Below are positions 1-14,000 of a stretch of 64,000 nucleotides of DNA, one piece after another. Both the position numbers and the translations under genes were made by a program. The DNA lies in contig OZ024759.1 of the NCBI GenBank assembly GCA_964016885.1, positions 27,590,001 to 27,654,000 on the forward strand. Reading direction: 5' to 3'. Source of the stretch: Eledone cirrhosa (taxonomy: Eukaryota). Each line of letters opens with the position of its first letter. Position 1 is the first letter of the stretch. A model generated the notes under the pieces. That model did no database searches, was not told the origin of the DNA, and was given only the letters and a program-made list of their open reading frames with translations.

Positions 1-628
1 CTCGTCTAAACCATGCTAGCATGGAAGAATGGACATTAAGCAGTGATGATGATAATGATACATATAATTTAATTTTGTAATTAAATTATATGTAATAATT
101 GTTTCTACTTTAGGCACAAATTAATAAGTAATAATTGTTTCTACTTTAGGCACAAGGCCAGCAATTACCCAGTGCATTACTGATACTTTATTTTATCGAC
201 CCCGTAAGGATGAAAGGCAAAGTCAACCTCGGCGGGATTTGAACTCAGATCGTAAAGGGACGTAACTAGGCTGGAAAGCATGGCGTCCGACTCTCTACCA
301 ATACTGCCAATCCACAATCATGTATAATGAATTATTTTAAATTTTTTTAACCCAAATTACTTTTAGGAATATTTCAAGTATCATATAGCTCAAGGCTTCA
401 GCTGGTGAACATCCAGGCCTTGACTGTAGGTTGTAAGGTAGGACGAAGAGGGGGATGCGAGGTGGAAGGAGGAAGAGGGAGATGAGAGGGGAAGGAGGAA
501 GAGGGGTATGAGAGAGAGAGAGAGAGAGATGAAGAGGGAGATCAGGAAACAGAGAGAGAAAGAGGAGAAAGAGGGAGAGGAGAGAGGAAGAGAGAGAGAG
601 GAGGAAACAAGCGATGAAAGGGAGGGGA

Positions 629-677
<49 letters not shown>

Positions 678-785
678 AGAGGAAAGTCAGGAGATGGTTG
701 TTCATTAATTTCCAAGTATTGTTTGTTAATTTCCAAGAAATAAAAGACTTTCTTGTTCTCCATATCACACATCTATGAGTAATTA

Positions 786-3700
786 GGTGGTGGTGGTGGT
801 GTGGTGGTGGTGAGGAGGTGGTGTGGGAGTGGTGAGGGAGTGTTGCGGAGGTGGTGTGGGAGTGGTGAGAAGGTGGTGTGGTGGTGAGGAGCTGGTGTGG
901 TGGTGGTGGTGAGGAGGTGGTGTGGTGGTGGTGAGGAGGTGGTGTGGTGGTGGTGAGGAGGTGGTGTGGTGGTGGTGATGAGGAGGTGGTGTGGTGGTGG
1001 TGAGGAGGTGGTGTGGTGGTGGTGAGGAGGTGGTGTGGTGATGATGAGGAGGTGGTGTGGTGATGATGAGGAGCTGGTGTGGTGGTGATGAGGAGCTGGT
1101 GTGGTGGTGATGAGGAGCTGGTGTGGTGGTGATGAGGAGCTGGTGTGGTGGTGATGAGGAGGTGGTGTGGTGGTGATGAGGAGGTGGTGTGGTGGTGGTG
1201 AGGAGGTGGTGTGGTGGTGGTGATGAGGAGGTGGTGTGGTGGTGGTGAGGAGGTGGTGTGGTGGTGGTGAGGAGGTGGTGTGGTGGTGATGAGGAGGTGG
1301 TGTGGTGGTGATGAGGAGGTGGTGTGGTGGTGGTGAGGAGGTGGTGTGGTGGTGGTGAGGAGGTGGTGTGGTGATGATGAGGAGCTGGTGTGGTGGTGAT
1401 GAGGAGCTGGTGTGGTGGTGATGAGGAGCTGGTGTGGTGGTGGTGAGGAGCTGGTGTGGTGGTGATGAGGAGCTGGTGTGGTGGTGATGAGGAGCTGGTG
1501 TGGTGGTGGTGAGGAGCTGGTGTGGTGGTGATGAGGAGGCGGTGTGGTGGTGGTGATGAGGAGCTGGTGTGGTGGTGGTGAGGAGCTGGTGTGGTGGTGA
1601 TGAGGAGGTGGTGTGGTGGTGATGAGGAGGCGGTGTGGTGGTGATGAGGAGGCGGTGTGGTGGTGATGAGGAGGCGGTGTGGTGGTGATGAGGAGGCGGT
1701 GTGGTGGTGATGAGGAGGTAGTTTGGTGGTGATGAGGAGGTGGTGTGGTGGTGGTGAGGAGGTGGTGTGGGAGTGGTGAGGAGGTGGTGTGGGAGTGGTG
1801 AGGAGGTGGTGTGGGAGTGGTGAGGAGGTGGTGAGGAGGTGGTGTGGTGGTGAGGAGCTGGTGTGGTGGTGGTGGTGAGGAGGTGGTGTGGTGGTGGTGA
1901 GGAGGTGGTGTGGTGGTGGTGATGAGGAGGTGGTGTGGTGGTGGTGAGGAGGTGGTGTGGTGGTGGTGATGAGGAGGTGGTGTGGTGGTGATGAGGAGCT
2001 GGTGTGGTGGTGATGAGGAGGTGGTGTGGTGGTGATGAGGGGCTGGTGTGGTGGTGGTGAGGAGCTGGTGTGGTGGTGGTGGTGAGGAGGTGGTGTGGTG
2101 GTGGTGAGGAGGTGGTGTGGTGGTGGTGAGGAGGTGGTGTGGTGGTGGTGATGAGGAGGTGGTGTGGTGGTGATGAGGAGCTGGTGTGGTGGTGATGAGG
2201 AGCTGGTGTGGTGGTGATGAGGAGGTGGTGTGGTGGTGATGAGGGGCTGGTGTGGTGGTGGTGAGGAGCTGGTGTGGTGGTGGTGGTGAGGAGGTGGTGT
2301 GGTGGTGGTGAGGAGGTGGTGTGGTGGTGGTGAGGAGGTGGTGTGGTGGTGGTGATGAGGAGGTGGTGTGGTGGTGATGAGGAGGTGGTGTGGTGGTGAG
2401 GAGGTGGTGTGGTGGTGGTGAGGAGGTGGTGTGGTGGTGATGAGGAGCTGGTGTGGTGGTGATGAGGAGCTGGTGTGGTGGTGATGAGGAGGTGGTGTGG
2501 TGGTGATGAGGAGCTGGTGTGGTGGTGATGAGGAGGTGGTGTGGTGGTGATGAGGAGGTGGTGTGGTGGTGATGAGGAGCTGGTGTGGTGGTGATGAGGA
2601 GCTGGTGTGGTGGTGATGAGGAGCTGGTGTGGTGGTGATGAGGAGGTGGTGTGGTGGTGATGAGGAGCTGGTGTGGTGGTGATGAGGAGCTGGTGTGGTG
2701 GTGATGAGGAGGTGGTGTGGTGGTGATGAGGAGGTGGTGTGGTGGTGATGAGGAGGTGGTGTGGTGGTGATGAGAAGCTGGTGTGGTGGTGATGAGGAGC
2801 TGGTGTGGTGGTGATGAGGAGCTGGTGTGGTGGTGATGAGGAGGTGGTGTGGTGGTGATGAGGAGCTGGTGTGGTGGTGATGAGGAGCTGGTGTGGTGGT
2901 GATGAGGAGCTGGTGTGGTGGTGATGAGGAGCTGGTGTGGTGGTGGTGATGAGGAGCTGGTGTGGTGGTGATGAGGAGCTGGTGTGGTGGTGATGAGGAG
3001 GTGGTGTGGTGGTGATGAGGAGCTGGTGTGGTGGTGATGAGGAGCTGGTGTGGTGGTGATGAGGAGGTGGTGTGGTGGTGATGAGGAGCTGGTGTGGTGG
3101 TGATGAGGAGCTGGTGTGGTGGTGATGAGAAGCTGGTGTGGTGGTGATGAGGAGCTGGTGTGGTGGTGATGAGGAGCTGGTGTGGTGGTGATGAGGAGGT
3201 GGTGTGGTGGTGATGAGGAGCTGGTGTGGTGGTGATGAGGAGCTGGTGTGGTGGTGGTGAGGAGGTGGTGTGGTGGTGATGAGGAGCTGGTGTGGTGGTG
3301 ATGAGGAGGTGGTGTGGTGGTGATGAGGAGCTGGTGTGGTGGTGATGAGGAGCTGGTGTGGTGGTGGTGAGGAGGTGGTGTGGTGGTGATGAGGGGCTGG
3401 TGTGGTGGTGATGAGGAGGTGGTGTGGTGGTGATGAGGAGCTGGTGTGGTGGTGATGAGGAGCTGGTGTGGTGGTGATGAGGAGGTGGTGTGGTGGTGAT
3501 GAGGAGGTGGTGTGGTGGTGGTGAGGAGGTGGTGTGGTGGTGATGAGGAGGTGGTGTGGTGGTGATGAGGAGCTGGTGTGGTGGTGATGAGGAGCTGGTG
3601 TGGTGGTGATGAGGAGGTGGTGTGGTGGTGGTGAGGAGCTGGTGTGGTGGTGATGAGGAGGTGGTGTGGTGGTGATGAGGAGGTGGTGTGGTGGTGATGA

Positions 3701-6700
3701 GGAGGTGGTGTGGTGGTGGTGAGGAGGTGGTGTGGTGGTGATGAGGAGGTGGTGTGGTGGTGGTGAGGAGGTGGTGTGGTGGTGATGAGGAGGTGGTGTG
3801 GTGGTGGTGAGGAGCTGGTGTGGTGGTGATGAGGAGCTGGTGTGGTGGTGATGAGGAGCTGGTGTGGTGGTGATGAGGAGGTGGTGTGGTGGTGATGAGG
3901 AGCTGGTGTGGTGGTGATGAGGAGCTGGTGTGGTGGTGATGAGGAGGTGGTGTGGTGGTGATGAGGAGCTGGTGTGGTGGTGGTGATGAGGAGGTGGTGT
4001 GGTGGTGATGAGGAGGTGGTGTGGTGGTGATGAGGAGCTGGTGTGGTGGTGATGAGGAGCTGGTGTGGTGGTGATGAGGAGGTGGTGTGGTGGTGATGAG
4101 GAGCTGGTGTGGTGGTGATGAGGAGCTGGTGTGGTGGTGATGAGGAGGTGGTGTGGTGGTGATGAGGAGCTGGTGTGGTGGTGATGAGGAGGTGGTGTGG
4201 TGGTGGTGAGGAGCTGGTGTGGTGGTGATGAGGAGCTGGTGTGGTGGTGATGAGGAGCTGGTGTGGTGGTGATGAGGAGCTGGTGTGGTGGTGATGAGGA
4301 GGTGGTGTGGTGGTGATGAGGAGCTGGTGTGGTGGTGGTGAGGAGGTGGTGTGGTGGTGATGAGGAGGTGGTGTGGTGGTGATGAGGAGCTGGTGTGGTG
4401 GTGATGAGGAGCTGGTGTGGTGGTGGTGAGGAGGTGGTGTGGTGGTGGTGAGGAGGTGGTGTGGTGGTGATGAGGAGGTGGTGTGGTGGTGATGAGGAGC
4501 TGGTGTGGTGGTGATGAGGAGGTGGTGTGGTGATGATGAGGAGGTGGTGTGGTGGTGATGAGGAGGTGGTGTGGTGGTGATGAGGAGGTGGTGTGGTGGT
4601 GGTGATGAGGAGCTGGTGTGGTGGTGGTGAGGAGCTGGTGTGGTGGTGATGAGGAGGTGGTGTGGTGGTGGTGATGAGGAGCTGGTGTGGTGGTGATGAG
4701 GAGGTGGTGTGGTGGTGATGAGGAGGTGGTGTGGTGGTGGTGATGAGGAGCTGGTGTGGTGGTGATGAGGAGGTGGTGTGGTGGTGATGAGGAGGTGGTG
4801 TGGTGGTGGTGATGAGGAGCTGGTGTGGTGGTGATGAGGAGGTGGTGTGGTGGTGGTGAGGAGCTGGTGTGGTGGTGATGAGGAGGTGGTGTGGTGGTGA
4901 TGAGGAGGTGGTGTGGTGGTGATGAGGAGGTGGTGTGGTGGTGATGAGGAGGTGGTGTGGTGGTGATGAGGAGCTGGTGTGGTGGTGATGAGGAGCTGGT
5001 GTGGTGGTGGTGAGGAGCTGGTGTGGTGGTGATGAGGAGGTGGTGTGGTGGTGATGAGGAGGTGGTGTGGTGGTGATGAGGAGGTGGTGTGGTGGTGGTG
5101 AGGAGGTGGTGTGGTGGTGGTGAGGAGGTGGTGTGGTGGTGATGAGGAGGTGGTGTGGTGGTGATGAGGAGCTGGTGTGGTGGTGATGAGGAGGTGGTGT
5201 GGTGGTGGTGAGGAGCTGGTGTGGTGGTGATGAGGAGGTGGTGTGGTGGTGATGAGGAGGTGGTGTGGTGGTGATGAGGAGGTGGTGTGGTGGTGGTGAG
5301 GAGGTGGTGTGGTGGTGATGAGGAGGTGGTGTGGTGGTGGTGAGGAGGTGGTGTGGTGGTGATGAGGAGGTGGTGTGGTGGTGGTGAGGAGCTGGTGTGG
5401 TGGTGATGAGGAGCTGGTGTGGTGGTGATGAGGAGCTGGTGTGGTGGTGGTGAGGAGCTGGTGTGGTGGTGATGAGGAGGTGGTGTGGTGGTGATGAGGA
5501 GCTGGTGTGGTGGTGATGAGGAGCTGGTGTGGTGGTGATGAGGAGGTGGTGTGGTGGTGATGAGGAGCTGGTGTGGTGGTGATGAGGAGCTGGTGTGGTG
5601 GTGATGAGGAGGTGGTGTGGTGGTGATGAGGAGCTGGTGTGGTGGTGATGAGGAGGTGGTGTGGTGGTGATGAGGAGCTGGTGTGGTGGTGATGAGGAGC
5701 TGGTGTGGTGGTGATGAGGAGGTGGTGTGGTGGTGATGAGGAGCTGGTGTGGTGGTGATGAGGAGGTGGTGTGGTGGTGGTGAGGAGCTGGTGTGGTGGT
5801 GATGAGGAGCTGGTGTGGTGGTGATGAGGAGCTGGTGTGGTGGTGATGAGGAGCTGGTGTGGTGGTGATGAGGAGGTGGTGTGGTGGTGATGAGGAGCTG
5901 GTGTGGTGGTGATGAGGAGGTGGTGTGGTGGTGGTGAGGAGCTGGTGTGGTGGTGATGAGGAGGTGGTGTGGTGGTGGTGAGGAGCTGGTGTGGGAGTGG
6001 TGAGGAGGTGGTGTGGGAGTGGTGAGGAGGTGGTGTGGGAGTGGTGAGGAGGTGGTGTGGGAGTGGTGAGGAGGTGGTGTGGTGGTGGTGAGGAGGTGGT
6101 GTGGTGGTGAGGAGCTGGTGTGGTGGTGGTGGTGAGGAGGTGGTGTGGTGGTGGTGAGGAGGTGGTGTGGTGGTGGTGAGGAGGTGGTGTGGTGGTGGTG
6201 ATGAGGAGGTGGTGTGGTGGTGGTGAGGAGCTGGTGTGGTGGTGATGAGGAGCTGGTGTGGTGGTGGTGATGAGGAGCTGGTGTGGTGGTGATGAGGAGG
6301 TGGTGTGGTGGTGATGAGGAGCTGGTGTGGTGGTGATGAGGGGCTGGTGTGGTGGTGGTGAGGAGCTGGTGTGGTGGTGATGAGGAGGTGGTGTGGTGGT
6401 GATGAGGAGGTGGTGTGGTGGTGATGAGGAGCTGGTGTGGTGGTGGTGAGGAGCTGGTGTGGTGGTGATGAGGAGCTGGTGTGGTGGTGGTGAGGAGGTG
6501 GTGTGGGAGAGGTGAGGAGGTGGTGTGGTGGTGATGAGGAGGTGGTGTGGTGGTGATGAGGAGGTGGTGTGGTGGTGGTGAGGAGCTGGTGTGGTGGTGA
6601 TGAGGAGCTGGTGTGGTGGTGGTGAGGAGGTGGTGTGGTGGTGAGGAGCTGGTGTGGGAGTGGTGAGGAGGTGGTGTGGGAGAGGTGAGGAGGTGGTGTG

Positions 6701-7078
6701 GTGGTGGTGAGGAGCTGGTGTGGGAGTGGTGAGGAGGTGGTGTGGGAGAGGTGAGGAGGTGGTGTGGTGGTGATGAGGAGCTGGTGTGGGAGTGGTGAGG
6801 AGGTGGTGTGGGAGAGGTGAGGAGGTGGTGTGGTGGTGGTGAGGAGCTGGTGTGGGAGTGGTGAGGAGGTGGTGTGGGAGTGGTGTGGTGGTGGTGAGGA
6901 GGTGGTGTGGGAGTGGTGTGGTGGTGATGAGGAGGTGGTGTGGTGGTGGTGAGGAGGTGGTGTGGGAGTGGTGTGGTGGTGGTGAGGAGGTGGTGTGGGA
7001 GTGGTGTGGTGGTGATGAGGAGGTGGTGTGGTGGTGGTGAGGAGGTGGTGTGGGAGTGGTGTGGTGGTGGTGAGGAGG
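786..7078. repeat. About 6.3-kb G-rich minisatellite, 21-bp unit GGTGTGGTGGTGATGAGGAG(C/G)T with 18/24-bp variants
   Basis: Direct reading; produces the spurious 2254-aa H/P/T/S ORF. Confidence 0.97.
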
Positions 7079-7633
7079 TATATATATATATATATATACA
7101 CGCTAGTGTATGTATATATATATATATATATATAGGCTTAAAAATGGAATGAGAATAAGAAGAAAGCTAGAAGGGGGGGGGGGGGGGGGTCCTCATCAGT
7201 TGTCTACTGGGGGTCTCAGATTTCTATCTGATAAATGGATTCAGATGTTAGAATCGTCTAACTCCATGAAACCTTGGGTAATGGAATAATTATATTGTGT
7301 TGTTTATTATGTAATTAAATAGCTCTGTACTATATATATATGGTCCCTAAGGAATCTAGGTGTTGAGGAAAGGCTTGTGAGGACAGTGCAAACTTTGTAC
7401 AGAGGTGCTGTCAGTAAAGTGAGGGTAGGTATAGAGTTTAGTGGAATTCCAGATACAAGTAGGAGTACATCAGGGTTCGGTCCTCAGTCCGCTCTTGTTC
7501 ATTATTAGCCAGAACAAGTTTAAGACTGGTTGATGATGATGATGATGATATGAAGTATTTCCGTAGGAAGGGTAAAGGAAAGGAGAGTGTTCTATGTATG
7601 CTACAGAGCTATTTAATTATGTAATAATTAAAT

Positions 7634-7704
7634 TTTCATTCTGATGAGCGATTTCAGATGTCAGTTGAGCTTGTCTGTCTTCGTGAAACCTTTGGTAAAT
7701 GGAA
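7634..7704 (+). ncRNA. Type I hammerhead motif (degenerate second copy at about 7222-7287)
   Basis: tttcatt CTGATGA [gcga...tcgt] GAAA cctttgg TA aatggaa. Confidence 0.6.
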
Positions 7705-7933
7705 TAATTGTTTTATGTTGTTTATTACATAATTAAATATATATATATAAAGAGAGAGATAGATCAATAGACAGACTGGTAAACACACAATAGTTATATA
7801 TATATATATATACATATATAAATATAAAGTGAGAGAGCGAGAGAGAGAGAGCTAGATACATATTCTATGCTCAAAAAAACACAAAACCCTAACTATATAA
7901 CAATAGATAGAATGAAGTATAAAGTCCCATTAC

Positions 7934-8027
7934 CGGCAAATATTTCTGTTGTGATGGTGCCCAAACCTCTACAATAACCTTTTTACATTCAGAAACATGT
8001 AACTGGGAGGCAGGTAGAACCACAAGT
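7934..8027 (-). CDS. Slimp: SLIMP-like exon 13
   Basis: tcag|LVVLPASQLHVSECKKVIVEVWAPSQQKYLP|gtaatg; corresponds to the SerRS ...KFDIEAWMP... segment. Confidence 0.8.
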
Positions 8028-11000
8028 CTGAAAGAAAATAATACATTAATGTTTAAATCACAATGGTGGCTGGTTTGTTAAAATCGGTAGAGCTTCAAAC
8101 AAAATTTTTTGCTGTATTTGTTTCAGCAGTTTTACATTCTAAGTTGAAATCCTGCCGAGGTCAAATTTGGCTTTCATCATTCCGACAACCTCCCTAGTGT
8201 TGGGGGATCTACACGATAAATGCACCCAGTACACTCTGTAAAATGGTTGGTGATAGGAAAAGGCAGCTCTAGAGAGGTTGCCGTGTCCTTTACGGGACAA
8301 GAAGGTTGTCATCATCATCAACATCATTTAACGTCCATTTTCCCTGTAAAGTACTTTGTGGTAGGAAAGGCACCCAGTACACTCTGTAAAGTGGTATGTG
8401 GTAGGAAAGACACACAGTATACTCTGTTAGGTGGTAGGAAAGACACCCAGTACACTCTGTAAAGTGGAGGGTAGAGTCCTCAAGCACACCTTCCAGCAAG
8501 TCATGTTAGAAGCACCTCTTTCCTATTGTTCCGGCCGGATCTACAGGCGAGACCAGCCAAGTTCATGGATGTTATTCAACCATCTTGCTCAGGGTTTTTC
8601 CATGGGTCTCCTGTTGGTTGGTTTTGCACATAAAATCTGTCCAGCGATTCAATCCAGATTTTTTATTTTCAAAATTATTTGAAAATGATAGGCAGTATCT
8701 TTCATAAAAAATATAGTAAGCCCAAGGCCAACAATTTTTTGGGGGAAAGGGAAAGTCGATTAAATTGACCCCAGTGCATGACTGGAACTTTATTCCATTG
8801 ACTCCGTAATGATGAAAGGCAACGATAACCTCGGTGGGATTTGAACTCAGAATGTAAAGAACTGTAACTCAATGTCACAAAGCATGACGTCCAATGCTCT
8901 ACCGATTCTGCCAATCCACCGCCCTCATTTAGAAATATAATAATGCAACACGTTGGAAGTGTTATTATATAATCATGAAAGACGAAGTAAATGATGTAGC
9001 CATTTTTACCTGGCAGGAAGATTTAGGTCAGAATAAAAGTTCCAAATAATGGTAAGGAGTTGCTGGAATTGGTCGTCTGATGAACTTTCATCGTGACACA
9101 CAGAACATACTTCACACTGGAAATAAAACAAAAGGATTTGTTTTTTTATGTTTTTAAATAGTAAAAAAATAATATTAAAAAATAAAAAATAAACAGTTGA
9201 ATTAAAATAATAGAAATAACAATTGCCAGCACCACCACCACCACCACCGCCACTGCCAACACCACCACTGCCACCACCATCACCATGCCAACCACTGCCA
9301 CCAACACCACCACCACTGCCACCATCACCACCACCACTGCCACCAACAACACCACCACCGCCATCACCATGCCAATCACTGCCACCACCACTGCCACCAC
9401 CATCACCATGCCAACCACTGTCATTATCACCACCACCACCACCAACACCACCACCATCACCACTGCTACCACCATCACCATGCCAACCACTGCCACCAAC
9501 ACCACCACCACTGCCACCATCACCACCACCACTGCCACCAACACCACCACCACCGCCATCACCATGCCAATCGCTGCCACCACCTTCCACCACCACTGCC
9601 ACCACCATCACCATGCCAACCACTGTCATTATCACCACCACCACCACCATCACCACTGCTACCACCATCACCATGCCAACCACTGCCACCAACACCACCA
9701 CCACTGCCACCATCACCACCACCACTGCCACCAACACCACCACCACCGCCATCACCATGCCAATCGCTGCCACCACCTTCCACCACCACTGCCACCACCA
9801 TCACCATGTCAACCACTGTCATTATCACCACCACCACCACCAACACCACCACCATCACCACTGCTACCACCATCACCATGCCAACCACTGCCACCAACAC
9901 CACCACCACTGCCACCATCACCACCACCACTGCCACCAACACCACCACCACCGCCATCACCATGCCAATCGCTGCCACCACCTTCCACCACCACTGCCAC
10001 CACCATCACCATGTCAACCACTGTCATTATCACCACCACCACCACCATCACCACTGCTACCACCATCACCATGCCAACCACTGCCACCAACACCACCACC
10101 ACTACCATCACCATCATCACCACCACCTTCACCATGCCAACCACCAGCCACCATTACCCTCATCACCGCTACCACCACGGGAGACAAAATAAGCATAGAG
10201 AAAAAAATAAAGAAAATAAAGAAAAAAATGGAAAACAAGTTTTGTATCCCTAACGATGACCACCTTATCCCTAACACTTCAACACCTCCAACATTGAAGC
10301 CCCCTAGACTTGTACTTTATTTATCAGCCCTGAATATATGAAAGGCAAAGTTGACCTCTGTAGAATTTGAACTCACAGCACAAGGAGCCAGAATAAATAC
10401 TACAAGGCATTTCATTCCTTTTCCTTTGGATTTGTAACCCCTGGTGGAATCACAGGGGCACCACATTGACAAACAGTGTTCCTTGGGCACTTTTAAAACC
10501 TGGCGGAGGTCCATCACCACCTCTCCAGGTCTGAACACAGCAGATTATCGCAAGAGAATGATAGAGGGTAAGGAGTGAGAAAGAGACATAGAGGAAGAAT
10601 TGACTCCAGTATTAGACTGGTACTTTTCTTCTTTATCAACTTTATCGGAAAAGAACGAAAGGCAACATTATGTATGTATGGTCTCGTAACTCCTTGTGGA
10701 CATGTAGGAGAGATGGGTGGCATAATGGCATTCAGTGCTTCTTAAGCATTTTTTTTTAAACCTGGCAGAGCCCATATCTTTCTCTCTAGGTATGAACACA
10801 GTAGATTTCATCCAAAGAAGGAGAGAGAGAAAGTATGAGAATGGAAGTGAGGAAGAGATATAGAAGAAGAATTGACCTCACTACTTGACTGGTACTTTTT
10901 TTTTTATCGACTTTGAAAAGGATAAAAGACAAAGCACAGCTGCATCACTTATAAAGGGTAATGAAAGGTGGGTGGGTAGGGGTGAAGGATTTGAAAATGA

Positions 11001-14000
11001 AAACTAAAAACAAAACATAAAAACAACATGACATATTATGACATACAGAAAATGTGAAATATTTCACCTTTGTGGTTTGAGAGGTGTTATATAAACCAAT
11101 GTCAGCACAACTGGATTGAACTGAAAAATACAAATTGAGAGGTTTATTTAAACTGGAGTCAGTACAACTGAACTGAACTGAGAAAACCAAATTGAGAGGT
11201 TTAAATAAACTGGAGTTAGTACAACTGGATTTAACTGAGAAACACATATTGAGAGGTTTATTTAAACTTGAGTTGGTATAACTGAACTGAACTGAGAAAA
11301 CCAAATTGAGAGGTTTAAATAAACTGGAGTCAGTACAACTGGATTTAACTGAGAAACACAGAGAGACAAATAAAATATTATCTCTCTATATATAAAATTC
11401 TTTGTCTGTCTGTCTGTTTCCTTATGCATTCTCAAATGGCTCGACCAAATCAAATCAAATTTTATAAGGTATTAGACCCCAGGATTAACAACATGTAATT
11501 TTTATTTTCATTTAAGATTAAAACAATATAACAGTTTATCTAAAATAATCTTTCGATAGTCAACTATATTAAACTACACTACGATGACGATGTCACATTT
11601 TGTATATGAGTGTGTATGTGTTTGTGAGTGTGTTTATGCATTCATTACGTACATTAGGCCTCAGTAAGTTACATACATCTTCAAGTAAATATTTAATCAG
11701 ATACACAAAGAATTAAACACACACACATCTACACATGTGATGACTGACAAGTATATGTGTGTGAGTGTATATGTGTGTGAGTATACATACATTTATGTGA
11801 TGATGTGAAACTGTGTGTGTTTTTTATAAATTTGTGCGAGTGTATGTGTGTCTGTTTGTGGGTTAAACTCTTTATTCTAAAAACACCAACACCAAAAACA
11901 CTACAAGTCTGGTGACACAATTCAACACCACTACAACACCAACAACAACAACACTATATCACCACTACCACCAACAATACTACAATACCACCACCACCAA
12001 CAATACTACAACAATACCAACAACACCAACAACAACAACACTACAGCAACAACTCTGGTGACACAATTCAACAACTGAGCCAAAATGAAAGCAATAAAAT
12101 CATACCAGGACAATAAGTTTTTCCTATAGAGAAATATGTTTGAGGAAGGCTTTTACAATCAACAGACATCCGTGTCAGAAAAGCTACAAAAGAAAATTAC
12201 ACGTATTATATGTATGTTTGTGTGTACATATCATCATCATTATCATCATCACCATTTTACGTCTGTTCTTCCAAGCTAGCATGGGTTAGACGGGTTGTCC
12301 TGCTGTAGGCATATCTGGTCAGCTGACCTTGTCTTGCTCATACAGGAACTGATTCTGGCTTGATTTCTACAGCTGGATGCCCTTCCTAACAACCAACTAC
12401 AGCGAGTGCTGGGTGCTTTTTTTTCCATGGCACCTCCGCGACCACTTTGTAGTGGAATGATAGGGACCCCAGTCCTATCATCTTATTTCTACAGCTGAGT
12501 AAACTGGAGCAATGTGAAATAAAGTGTTTTGCTCAAGGAAACGACACATTACCCGGTCCGAGAATTGAACTCACAACCTTTCGATTGCAAGCCCAATGCT
12601 CTAACCACTAAGCCATGCGCCTTCATATGTGTATACATTTGTGTGTGTGCTAATTCAAATGTTTATAGTATTTTTATTGATAGACAGATTGTTGTAAAAA
12701 TTTGCAGTATTAACTTTTAACATCCTGTAATGATTTATCAAAAAATATCTAAAAAAAAAGCTTTATTAAACTTTTAGCATTTAAACTTGCCGTATCTGGC
12801 TAGAATTCTCTCACTTCTTTCTGTTCAAAGCAGCTATAACCAGCTGCTCATATTGTTCTCAAAATAAATAATATCAAAATCTCATAGATTCAATATTATG
12901 TGAGATAATTATGTGAGTTAAAGGGTTTACTGTGAAAATACAATAGTAAATATAGAGTAATGTAAATGCTAAAGGGTTAAATCAAATGTTTGGTAGACAG
13001 ATTGTTGTAAAAATTTACAATATTATCTTTTAACATCCTGTAACAATTTATCAGAAAATATCTAAAAATAGTTTTGTTAAATCAAAAGGCTGGATACTCT
13101 TTCTATCACCATTTCTAAATAAAGACCCTCTCATCCAGCGTTTCTCAACCGGTGTTCCCTGGAACCCTAGGATTCCGCAAGAGGTCGCTAGGGGTTCCGC
13201 GAGAACCAGTGATAAATAAACTAATGTGTTTTAAAAAGTAATTTTTGTTAAATTTTATATTCGTAATTTTACTATACATTTACGGCATATTGTTGGAAAA
13301 TCCTTCTTTATTTTAAGAAAGGCTTCAACCTCTTATATTATTTAAAACTAGGTCAATATAAGAGATAGATATTAATAATAGTATATAATAATTTTTATGT
13401 AGGGGTTCCCTGAGACATGAACCTATTTCAAGGGTTCCACAAGGGTAAAAAGGTTGAGAAACGCTGCTCTAATCTAATAAAATGGTTACCTAATAAAATG
13501 AATACCCTACCTGCAAATGACATTGATGAAATGCCAACTAAATGAGTGAGGTGTTCTATTTTCGGGTTTTCTTCGCTGTTCTCTAAAGTGTAAATCTACA
13601 AAAGACAAAACGTAAAAAGAAAATTAAAATGCAACATCTGAAGATGGCTGAAGAAAGAACTGGTTGAAATGTTAAATAAATCATCATCATTATCACCACC
13701 ACCACCACTACCACGATATACTGTCTACCACCAACATTTGCGGAATTTTCCTTAGAACCTAACCAATAATTATTCGTGGTAACCACCGCATATTTGCGGA
13801 ATCGTAAATATATTTTTTAATGGCATTTTTGTGGCAATATATATATTTTTTAATGTTAAATTATTAATAACAATATACTGTATTTGCAGGCCTATTGGAT
13901 GCCCCTTCATATAAGACTCTCCCTCTTTTTTTATTATATTTTACATAATATTTTGACGTTTATAGGCATTTTTATGGACCACATCCAATATTCACATTTT

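Noticed and set aside
361-423. Candidate next SLIMP exon (SRPGCSPAEALSYMILEIFLK; AG/GT bounded, phase 0)
   Set aside because: The splice signals and phase fit, but I see no resemblance to the expected SerRS/SLIMP continuation. Left unassigned pending cDNA.
337-7101. 2254-aa His/Pro/Thr ORF
   Set aside because: It is the translation of a 21-bp satellite whose C/A-rich strand can hardly form stops. It starts in a (TA)n tract at a non-ATG codon.
9006-10341. Gly/Val, Pro/Thr/His ORFs over the CAC repeat (likewise 17095-17622 and 51850-52230)
   Set aside because: These are trinucleotide-repeat translations inside introns. Only 9010-9116 and 17065-17110 are real exons.
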